Positions 18,226 to 26,058 of a stretch of 64,000 nucleotides of DNA are shown one piece after another (within the stretch, counting starts at the first letter, position 1; each line of letters starts with the position of its first letter). The stretch is from an uncultured Actinomycetes bacterium (lineage in GTDB: Bacteria > Actinomycetota > UBA4738 > HRBIN12). The position numbers and the translations under genes are program-made. The DNA is taken from the NCBI GenBank assembly GCA_964567675.1, contig CAZMNP010000074.1:2923-66922 (forward strand), in the 5' to 3' direction. The notes under the pieces are model-generated. The model did not search any database. It was given only the letters and a program-made list of their open reading frames with translations, and had not been told where the DNA came from.

Positions 18226-19535
18226 GTCACGTCTTCTACCGGGTCCTCTCGCGCGAGTTGCCGAGAGCCGTTCGCGCGGACGGCGTGTGGATCGAGGACG
18301 CCGACGGCAAGCGGTACCTCGACGGGTCCGGCGGTGCGATCGTGGTGAGTCTCGGTCACGGAGATCGCGCGCTGGTCGAGGCCATGACCGAACAGGCCTC
18401 GCGCCTGCCATACGTCCACGGGACGGCGTTCACCACCGGCGCGCTCGAGGACTACGCCGAGGACGTGGCGTCCCTGCTCCCGCTCGAGGACGCGCGCATC
18501 TACCCCGTCTCCGGCGGCAGCGAGGCGGTGGAGACGGCGCTCAAGCTCGCGCGCGCGTACCACCTGGCGCGAGGGGAGGGTTCGCGCACCGTGGTGATCG
18601 GCCGCCGGGCGTCGTACCACGGCAACACGCTCGGTGCGCTCGACGTGGGAGGCAAGGACAAGCTGAAACGCCCGTACGCGCCGTGGCTCGGTCGGTTCGG
18701 TCATGTGGAGGCGGCCTACGAGTATCGATGCGCGAACCCCGGCCACCCGGCCGGTTGCGGCCGCTGGCTCGCCGAGCAGCTCGAGCGCGCGATCGTCGAA
18801 GCGGGGCCGGCGACCGTCGCGGCGTTCATCGCGGAGCCCGTCGTCGGCGCGACGCTCGCGGCGGCAGTTCCGGCGGACGACTACTGGTCCTCGGTGGTCG
18901 AGGTGTGCCGCAAGCATGGCGTCCTCGTGATCGCCGACGAGGTGATGACCGGGTTCGGCCGCACGGGACGGTGGTTCGGGCTCGACCATTGGGGTGTTCG
19001 CCCGGACATCCTCACCGCCGGGAAGGGATCGACGAGCGGCTATTGGCCCTTCGGCTTCGCCGCGTGTTCCGGCGAGGTCTTCGAGACCGTTCGGCCGAAC
19101 GGATTCGTGCACGGTTTCACCTGGTCGCACAACGGCGTCGGCGCTGCGGTCGCGCACGCCACGCTCCGCAGACTCCGTGAGTCCAACCTCGTCCAGGCGA
19201 GCGCGTTGCAGGGCGAGCTCCTCCTGAAGGACCTCACCGGCGCGCTCGCCGACCATCCGACGGTCGGAGACGTTCGGGGGATCGGCTCGATGATCGGGAT
19301 CGAGCTCGTCGCCGACCGGGACACCAGGGCTCCGTTCGCGCGAGCCGAGCAACGGACCGAGCGCGTCGTGGCGGCCGCCCGAGAGCGAGGTCTCTTGCTC
19401 TACTCGAGCACCGGGCACGTCGACGGGGTCGACGGGGACCTGTTGATGCTCGGACCGCCGTTCACGATCACCGACGAGGAACGCGGCCTCCTCGCCGAAC
19501 GGACCGTGGCCGCCATCGCGAGCCTGGACGGATAG
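18222..19535 (+). CDS. class-III (PLP) aminotransferase
   Basis: The family motif is present (DEVMTGFGRTGRWFGLDHWGVRPDILTAGKG). The ATG overlaps the upstream stop (ATGA). Confidence 0.8.
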   Translation: MSHVFYRVLSRELPRAVRADGVWIEDADGKRYLDGSGGAIVVSLGHGDRALVEAMTEQASRLPYVHGTAFTTGALEDYAEDVASLLPLEDARIYPVSGGSEAVETALKLARAYHLARGEGSRTVVIGRRASYHGNTLGALDVGGKDKLKRPYAPWLGRFGHVEAAYEYRCANPGHPAGCGRWLAEQLERAIVEAGPATVAAFIAEPVVGATLAAAVPADDYWSSVVEVCRKHGVLVIADEVMTGFGRTGRWFGLDHWGVRPDILTAGKGSTSGYWPFGFAACSGEVFETVRPNGFVHGFTWSHNGVGAAVAHATLRRLRESNLVQASALQGELLLKDLTGALADHPTVGDVRGIGSMIGIELVADRDTRAPFARAEQRTERVVAAARERGLLLYSSTGHVDGVDGDLLMLGPPFTITDEERGLLAERTVAAIASLDG

Positions 19536-19538
19536 CGC

Positions 19539-20687
19539 GTGGGCGGACGCGCCGGCCTCGTGCTCTGTCCGGAGGCGAAGATCTACGACCACGGCCCCGA
19601 ACACCCGCTCCGGCCTCAGCGGGTCCAGTACACGTGGGACCTGATCTCGGCGTGCGGGTTGCTCGAACGGCCCGGCGTCTCGACCCTGCACTGTCGTTCC
19701 GCCGGCGACGAGGAGCTCGGGTTGGTCCACTCGGATGCGTACATCGACGCGACGCGCCGTGCCGGCCACGGCGAGGACGGCGACTGGAGCCGGTTCGGCT
19801 ACGGTCCCGGAGACAACCCGATCTTCCCGCAGATGCACGAGGCGGGGGCCCTCGTCGCCGGCGCATCGATCGTGGCCGCCGAGTCGGTGCACACCGGTGT
19901 GGTCGACCATGCCTTCAACGCCGCCGGTGGCCTGCACCACGCGATGCCCTCCCGAGCCTCGGGTTTCTGCGTGTACGACGATCCGGCGATCGCGATCGCG
20001 TGGCTCCTGGGAGAAGGCGTTCACCCGATCGCGTACGTGGACGTCGACGTGCATCACGGCGATGGTCCGCAGGCGATCTTCTACGAGGACCCGCGCGTGC
20101 TCACGATCTCGCTGCACGAGTCCGGCGAGTACCTGTTCCCCGGGACCGGCTTCGTGACCGAGCGAGGTGCCGCGGCGGCCGAGGGGACCAAGGTAAACGT
20201 CCCGCTCGCACCCGGGACCGGCGACCTGGCATGGCTCGCGGCGTTCGATTCGATCGTCCCGCCCATCCTTCGCGCGTTCCGTCCCGCGGTCCTTGTCTCC
20301 CAGCTCGGGTGCGACACGCACGCCGGCGATCCGCTGGCGCACTTCCGCCTCACGACCCGCGCCTATCGTGAGACCGCCGCCCGGCTGCATGCACTTGCCC
20401 ATGAGGCGGCGGGCGGCCGATGGATCGCGACGGGCGGAGGCGGGTACCGTTGGGCCGACGTGGTGCCTCGAGCGTGGACCCTGTACTTCGCCGAGATGTG
20501 CGAGGCCGAGCTCCCCGACGCGCTGCCGGAGGCCTGGATCGAGACAGTCGAGTTCGAGGTCCGCCGTGAGGTGCCGGCGACGTTCAGCGAGCCGCCGTTG
20601 CCGGAGGACCGCCAATCGGCCGAGAACGAGGCGATCATCGAACAGGTGCGCCGAACGTGCTTCCCGCACTTCGGGCTCGACGCATGA
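19539..20687 (+). CDS. histone-deacetylase-family amidohydrolase (AcuC / acetylpolyamine amidohydrolase type)
   Basis: The protein has the HDAC zinc ligands and motifs (GFCVYDDPAIA, YVDVDVHHGDG). It starts with GTG. Confidence 0.8.
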   Translation: MGGRAGLVLCPEAKIYDHGPEHPLRPQRVQYTWDLISACGLLERPGVSTLHCRSAGDEELGLVHSDAYIDATRRAGHGEDGDWSRFGYGPGDNPIFPQMHEAGALVAGASIVAAESVHTGVVDHAFNAAGGLHHAMPSRASGFCVYDDPAIAIAWLLGEGVHPIAYVDVDVHHGDGPQAIFYEDPRVLTISLHESGEYLFPGTGFVTERGAAAAEGTKVNVPLAPGTGDLAWLAAFDSIVPPILRAFRPAVLVSQLGCDTHAGDPLAHFRLTTRAYRETAARLHALAHEAAGGRWIATGGGGYRWADVVPRAWTLYFAEMCEAELPDALPEAWIETVEFEVRREVPATFSEPPLPEDRQSAENEAIIEQVRRTCFPHFGLDA

Positions 20688-22123
20688 GCGTTCCGGCGGC
20701 GGCCGGCCGCCGTGGTGTGAAGCTCGTGTGCACGCTCGGGCCGGCCACGTCGACGATCGAGTCCGTTCGCGCCCTCGCCGAGGCGGCGACGAACGTGTTC
20801 CGCGTGAACCTGTCGCACGGAGACGCCGACGCTCGCCGGCACCTGGTGGAGCTCGTACGCGCGGTCTCCGAGGAGCGAGGCGAGGATCACGCGGTGATGA
20901 TGGACCTGCCCGGACCCAAGATCCGGCTCGGCGAGCTCCGGGGAGGGGAGGCCCGGCTCGAGGTGGGAGCGCGGTTCGAGTTCCGCTCCGACGGCGCCGA
21001 GGGCGATGGAACCGGCGCGAGCACCACGTACGCGGGCCTCGCCGCCGACGTTCGGCCAGGCGACCGTATCCTGCTCTCGGACGGCGCGGTGGAGTTGACG
21101 GTCGTGTCGACCGAGGGCTCGGTCGTGGTGTGCGAGGTCGTGCGGGCCGGCCGGATCCGTTCGGGCGCCGGAGTGAACGTCCCGGCCGAGCGGCTCAGCC
21201 TTCCGGGCATCACCGATCGCGATCGCGCGGGACTTCACGAGGCGATGGACGTCGGCGCCGACCTTCTCGCACAGTCGTTCGTCCGGGCGGCGTCGGACGT
21301 CATCGGCCTGCGCGCCCTGATGGCCGAGCGCGCGATCCCGATCGTCGCGAAGATCGAGACGCGGCCGGCGGTGGACGACATCGCGGCCATCCTCGGCCAC
21401 GCCGACGCGGTCATGGTGGCGCGAGGCGATCTCGGCGTCGAGCTTCCGATGGAGGAGATCCCGATCCTCCAGAAAGAGCTGCTGAAGGCCGCTCGGATAG
21501 CCGGGCGCCCGGCCATCGTGGCGACCCAGATGCTGGAGTCCATGATCGGCTCGCCGCGTCCGACCCGCGCGGAGGCGACCGACGTCGCCACCGCGGTCCT
21601 GGACGGCGCCGACGCGATCATGCTCTCGGGGGAGACGGCCATCGGGGAGTTCCCCGTCGAGGCGTCGCGAGCTGCTTCCCGCATCGCCGAGGTCGCGGAA
21701 GCTCGAGCGGGCGGGTATGCCGCGGTCCGCGACCCGTGCACCCACACCGACGAGGCGGCGGCGATCGCGCACGCGGCGGCCCAGATCGCGAACACCGACC
21801 CGTCCGTCGTCGCGATCGCGTGCTACACGCGGACCGGGCGGACCGCGTCGTTGCTGTCGGCCGAGCGGCCGGGCGTGCCGATCTACGCGTTCGTCCCGGA
21901 GACCTCGCCCCGCAGAGCCCTGTCCCTGCGCTGGGGCGTCCGGGCGCTGCCGGCTCGCGTGCCCGAGGACACCGACGCGATGATCGCCTCGATGGCGGAG
22001 GGCCTGCTCGCGATCGGGTTCGCGGCGCCGGGCCAGTCCGTGGTCATGGCCGCGTCATCGCCGGCGGGGAAGTCGCACACGAACATGCTGAAGGTCCACC
22101 ACATCGGCGACGCCGTTCGCTGA
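20684..22123 (+). CDS. pyk: pyruvate kinase
   Basis: The pyruvate kinase motifs are present (KLVCTLGPAT, MVARGDLGVE). I chose the ATG at 20684, which overlaps the upstream stop (ATGA). Confidence 0.85.
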   Translation: MSVPAAAGRRGVKLVCTLGPATSTIESVRALAEAATNVFRVNLSHGDADARRHLVELVRAVSEERGEDHAVMMDLPGPKIRLGELRGGEARLEVGARFEFRSDGAEGDGTGASTTYAGLAADVRPGDRILLSDGAVELTVVSTEGSVVVCEVVRAGRIRSGAGVNVPAERLSLPGITDRDRAGLHEAMDVGADLLAQSFVRAASDVIGLRALMAERAIPIVAKIETRPAVDDIAAILGHADAVMVARGDLGVELPMEEIPILQKELLKAARIAGRPAIVATQMLESMIGSPRPTRAEATDVATAVLDGADAIMLSGETAIGEFPVEASRAASRIAEVAEARAGGYAAVRDPCTHTDEAAAIAHAAAQIANTDPSVVAIACYTRTGRTASLLSAERPGVPIYAFVPETSPRRALSLRWGVRALPARVPEDTDAMIASMAEGLLAIGFAAPGQSVVMAASSPAGKSHTNMLKVHHIGDAVR

Positions 22124-22135
22124 GGACCTCGGGCG

Positions 22136-22912
22136 CTATCGCGGCCGGTATCGACGGGCGGCGACGTTCATCCCCCATCGATACGCGGGCGGCGCGATCA
22201 AGCGGACGACCTGGAACAGTGCCAGCGTCCGTGGCACCGAGACCTCCGGGGCGCGTTCCCGACGCACGACGTCGATGATGGTCTCGGCGACGCGATCGGG
22301 CTTCATGACGAACGGCCGCCGCCAGCCGGCCTGCGGGAAGCCTTCCGTCCGAGTGAGTCCGGGATTCACCGCGGTGACCAGGATCCCGGATGGGTGGAGC
22401 TCGGCCGACAACGCCTCGGAGAACGCGACGACCCCGTGCTTGGTCGCCCCGTACACGGCGGCACCCGGCGTCGCGACCCGGCCGGCCACGGAGGCGACGT
22501 TGACCACGTGGCCCGCCTCTCGCTCGAGCAGGTGCGGCAGGAACGCCTTCGTGACGAGCAGCACCCCGAGCAGGTTGACGCGCACCAGACGCTCGATCTG
22601 CTCCGTCGAGACGTCTCGGAACACGCCGCCGCCGGGGATCCCGGCGTTGTTCACCAGGACGTCGCAGCGACCGTAGGCGCCGATCGTCGAGTCGACGAGC
22701 CCCGCGATCTCGTCCGGTTCCGTGACGTCGCAACGGACGGGCAATGCCTCCCCTCCACGAGAGCGGATCGCGCCGGCGAGTGCCTCGAGGCGCTCCATCC
22801 GGCGAGCAGCGAGGACGGTGCGCGAACCCGCGCGCGCGAAATGAAGCGCCGTCGCTTCGCCGATCCCCGCCGAGGCTCCCGTGATGACCACGACGGCGTT
22901 CCGAAGATCCAC
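22136..22912 (-). CDS. SDR-family short-chain dehydrogenase
   Basis: The protein has TGASAGIG, NNAG and YGATK motifs. Confidence 0.8.
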   Translation of the reverse strand: MDLRNAVVVITGASAGIGEATALHFARAGSRTVLAARRMERLEALAGAIRSRGGEALPVRCDVTEPDEIAGLVDSTIGAYGRCDVLVNNAGIPGGGVFRDVSTEQIERLVRVNLLGVLLVTKAFLPHLLEREAGHVVNVASVAGRVATPGAAVYGATKHGVVAFSEALSAELHPSGILVTAVNPGLTRTEGFPQAGWRRPFVMKPDRVAETIIDVVRRERAPEVSVPRTLALFQVVRLIAPPAYRWGMNVAARRYRPR

Positions 22913-22953
22913 GGCCCAAGCCTACGGTCATCGCTCCCGTACCATGGGAACGT

Positions 22954-23781
22954 ATGGACGTCATCGAATCGCACGCAGCGAAGCTTCCGCGGATCGACGA
23001 TCGCTGGAGGCCGGGGCCCGTCGACCGCGACGAGCTGGTGCTCGGCCTGCTCGAAGGGCGTGTCGCGTTCGAGGAGACCAGCCACGCGTTCGACAACGTC
23101 CTGCGCAACATCGGGCTCTTGCTGAACGGCGATCCCGACAAGCAGTTCGGGATGACTGGCTTGCAGACGTTCACCGAGGACGAGGTGCTCGCGATGGTCG
23201 GCCGTGCGGCCGGCTTTCGGCCGGATCCTCAGATCCGCACCGGCCCGGTCCCCATCGATCCAGAACTGGTCCTGGACGCGTGCACGGCGGCCGGGGACCG
23301 TCTGGCTCGAGCCGTGCGCAACCGGGAGACCGTGATCCTCGCGACCGGTCATCCGGTCGGGCTCGCCCACCTCTACATGGCGGTCGGCCGGGAGCTGCGG
23401 GAGCGTGGGCTAGCGCTCCTGAAGCCGGCCGACGGGCTTCGGTGGCGCGAAGAAATGCTCCCGCATCCCTGGCAGATCCGGTATCTGGACGGCGTCGCGT
23501 TGCTCACCGACGAAGCCAGCGCTCGCCACACCCACAGCGGCGACGCGATGGCCAGGATGCTCGACGAGGAACGCCCCCAGCTCGTCTTCGCCGACCACGG
23601 GTTCGCCGGGGCGGCCATCGAGCGCGGGATCGATACGGTCTCGATCGCCGACGTGAACGACCCGGCGCTCCTTGTCGCAAAGGAGCAGGGCAGGACGGAG
23701 AACGTCATCGTCATGGACGACAACGTCAGTCCGGAGGACTACTGGCCCTGTTTCCAGGCTATCGCGGCTCGCCTGCCCTGA
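22954..23781 (+). CDS. conserved hypothetical protein
   Basis: The 275-aa ORF has an ATG start and globular composition (..TGHPVGLAHLY.., HTHSGDAMA, FADHGFAGAA). I could not confidently assign a family. Confidence 0.5.
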   Translation: MDVIESHAAKLPRIDDRWRPGPVDRDELVLGLLEGRVAFEETSHAFDNVLRNIGLLLNGDPDKQFGMTGLQTFTEDEVLAMVGRAAGFRPDPQIRTGPVPIDPELVLDACTAAGDRLARAVRNRETVILATGHPVGLAHLYMAVGRELRERGLALLKPADGLRWREEMLPHPWQIRYLDGVALLTDEASARHTHSGDAMARMLDEERPQLVFADHGFAGAAIERGIDTVSIADVNDPALLVAKEQGRTENVIVMDDNVSPEDYWPCFQAIAARLP

Positions 23782-23996
23782 GCGGCCTCGAGGACTCACC
23801 TGCTCCGACGCCGCGCGGCGGGCTCGCCCGCCCGTGAGTAGGATGAGCGGACCGTGAACCACACACCCGACCCAGAGGCACGCTTCGAACGCGTGAACGG
23901 ACGCACCATGCGCCCATCCATCGACCCCCAGACCGGTCTCCGCTCTCGCCGACGGAGGAAGCCGACGGCGTAGGCGGCACGCACGCGCGCGAACGG

Positions 23997-24019
23997 GCCT
24001 CCGGGAGAAACCCGGAGGC
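23997..24019 (+). promoter_or_regulatory. perfect 9-bp stem hairpin (GCCUCCGGG-AGAAA-CCCGGAGGC) that sequesters the GGAGG RBS of the downstream gene
   Basis: The inverted repeat can be read directly. The GGAGG at 24014-24018 sits inside the 3' arm, 4 nt before the GTG start at 24023. Confidence 0.3.
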
Positions 24020-24022
24020 GGA

Positions 24023-24913
24023 GTGAACCAGTACGAGGCGCTCGTCGACGACGCGGTGGGCAAGAAGCACACCGTCGTCCTGCTCGGCGCGCTCGATACG
24101 GGCAAGACCACCTTCGCGACCTCGTTGCTCGCCGCGGCGGTCGAGGCCGGACGGACGTCCGCCTACCTCGACGCCGACGTTGGGCAGAAACACGTCGGCC
24201 CACCCGCGACGGTGAGCTTGAAGCTCGTCCGTTCCGCCGAGGACCTGCAGGCCGACCGCATGGCCGTGGCCGACTCGATGTCGTTCGTCGGAGCGATCGC
24301 GCCGGAGGATCACCTCCTCGAGGTCGTCGCCGGCGTGGCGACGCTGCACCGAGCGGCGAAGGAAGCGGGGGCGGACTTCGTGGTCATGGACACATCCGGG
24401 CTCGTATCCGGGATCCACGGACAGATCTTGAAGTACCACAAGATCGAGCTGCTGCAACCCGACCTCGTCGTCGGCTTCCAACGCGGCGAGGAGATCCTGC
24501 CCCTGCTCGGGGTCATCCAGCGGTTCTTCCGCACGGAGGTCGTGCCGCTCGGCGTACCCCCGGGCGTCGTGCCCTCGACCGTGGATCAGAGAGCCGAGAA
24601 CCGTGAGGAGGCGATGCGCCGGTACTTCTCGGGCGAGCTCCACCGGTTCCGGGTCAAGCCCACGGTGTTCATGCCCGCTCTTCCCCCGTGGTTCGATTCC
24701 GCCAAACTGCACCGGATCCTCGTCGGCCTCTCGGACGGGGCAGGCTCGTACCCCGGTCTCGGCTACCTCGAGCACTCCCCGGAGGAGGGGGTGCTGCGCC
24801 TGATCACGCCGGTGGCAGCCGGCCCGAAGGCGCTTAGACTGGGTTCGGTTCGGCTCGAGGAGAGCTTCCACGCCAGGCGCGTGGACCTCCGGGATCTGTT
24901 CGGGTCGGAGTAA
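24023..24913 (+). CDS. Clp1/Grc3-like P-loop polynucleotide-kinase-family protein
   Basis: The protein has Walker A (GALDTGKTTF), a downstream YLDADVGQ (the DxDxGQ motif) and VMDTSG (Walker B/lid). This is the Clp1 P-loop domain pattern. It starts with GTG. Confidence 0.55.
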   Translation: MNQYEALVDDAVGKKHTVVLLGALDTGKTTFATSLLAAAVEAGRTSAYLDADVGQKHVGPPATVSLKLVRSAEDLQADRMAVADSMSFVGAIAPEDHLLEVVAGVATLHRAAKEAGADFVVMDTSGLVSGIHGQILKYHKIELLQPDLVVGFQRGEEILPLLGVIQRFFRTEVVPLGVPPGVVPSTVDQRAENREEAMRRYFSGELHRFRVKPTVFMPALPPWFDSAKLHRILVGLSDGAGSYPGLGYLEHSPEEGVLRLITPVAAGPKALRLGSVRLEESFHARRVDLRDLFGSE

Positions 24914-24938
24914 GCCGCAGAGAAGAGAGAGGAAACGC

Positions 24939-25040
24939 GTGCCGTCGCTGATCAAGAAGCGCCGCAAGAAGATGCGGAAGAAGAAGCACAAGAAGCTGCT
25001 CAAGAAGACCCGCTGGCAGCGACGCCAGCAAGGCCGCTAG
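24939..25040 (+). CDS. rpsV: 30S ribosomal protein bS22 (33 aa, Actinobacteria-specific)
   Basis: The protein reads VPSLIKKRRKKMRKKKHKKLLKKTRWQRRQQGR and closely parallels mycobacterial bS22 (..[26 protein letters not shown]..). An AGGAAA RBS precedes the GTG. The gene is absent from the ORF track because it is shorter than 60 aa. Confidence 0.75.
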   Translation: MPSLIKKRRKKMRKKKHKKLLKKTRWQRRQQGR

Positions 25041-25056
25041 GACCGGCCGCGCGGCG

Positions 25057-25806
25057 ATGAGCGCGCCCGGTCGGCGCCGGTATCGGCCGCCCGCCGCGGT
25101 TCTCCTGCTCGCCTTCCTCGTCCTGACCGGCTGCTCCGCCGAGCCCGTCGCCGACCTCTCCGATTCCCGGAAGGTCTCGTTCCCCGCGGCCGACGGCGTC
25201 CGACTCGACGGGCGCCTGTTCGGTGACGGCTCCTCGGCCGTCGTCCTGTCGCATATGCGTCCGTCGGATCAGACGTCCTGGTTCCGCTTCGCGGGGCGGC
25301 TCGCGGACGCCGGCTACCTCGTCCTGACGTACGACTTCCGCGGCTATTGCCCAGGCGGCGACGGGGGGTGCTCGCAGGGGAGTCGCGACGTGGCGGCGAT
25401 GTGGCAGGACGTGGTGGGCGCGGTCGAGTTCGTTCGCTCCCGCGGGGCGACATCGGTCTCGCTCGTCGGGGCGAGCATGGGCGGCACCGCATCGCTCGTC
25501 GCCGCGTCTCGAGAGGGTGACGACCTCCGAGCGGTGATCGCGCTGTCGGCGCCGGCCTCGATCGAGGGTCTGGTGGTCGACGGCGCGCTGCTGTCCCAGG
25601 TGTCCGTCGGCAAGCTCTTCATCGCGGGCGTCGGCGACGCGGCCGCCGCCATCGACGCCGAGTCCCTGTACGCACAGGCGCCGCCGCCGAAGCGGGTCGA
25701 GATCGTGCCAGCCGACGATCACGGCACCGACCTGCTCACCGGCAGCCAAGCCGAGGTCGTTCGCCGCCTGATCGAGACGTATCTGCAGCAGAGCGGGGGA
25801 CCCTGA
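25057..25806 (+). CDS. alpha/beta-hydrolase-fold lipoprotein
   Basis: A signal peptide with a lipobox is present (LLAFLVLTGCSAEP). The nucleophile elbow is GASMGG. Confidence 0.7.
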   Translation: MSAPGRRRYRPPAAVLLLAFLVLTGCSAEPVADLSDSRKVSFPAADGVRLDGRLFGDGSSAVVLSHMRPSDQTSWFRFAGRLADAGYLVLTYDFRGYCPGGDGGCSQGSRDVAAMWQDVVGAVEFVRSRGATSVSLVGASMGGTASLVAASREGDDLRAVIALSAPASIEGLVVDGALLSQVSVGKLFIAGVGDAAAAIDAESLYAQAPPPKRVEIVPADDHGTDLLTGSQAEVVRRLIETYLQQSGGP

Positions 25807-26058
25807 CCTCGTCGAAGCGGGATCAGGACGTCGACGAGGGGCTGGGCAACGGCGTGCCGGGAACCGGACCCGGGAAACGTTCATCGTTCCGGTTCGCTAG
25901 GACGAGCTGGTAGATCGCCGCGGCACCGAGCAACGCGAAGAGCACGACGATCGTGATGAAGGTGAAGCGACGCACGCGCCGAGGCTAGCAGGAGGACCGA
26001 AGCGCCTGCGGTGAACGCCACGAGGGGCGGGCTTTGCCCGCCCCTCGCGACTTCGTTC

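Noticed and set aside
17811-20669. 952-aa minus-strand ORF across the CoA-transferase/aminotransferase/HDAC genes
   Set aside because: It is a GC-artefact antisense frame with no domain signatures, and it overlaps four confident genes.
20293-22278. 661-aa plus-strand ORF (and the minus-strand 20363..21772 ORF) overlapping pyruvate kinase
   Set aside because: It is a poly-Arg/Gly translation. The pyruvate kinase frame has all its catalytic motifs.
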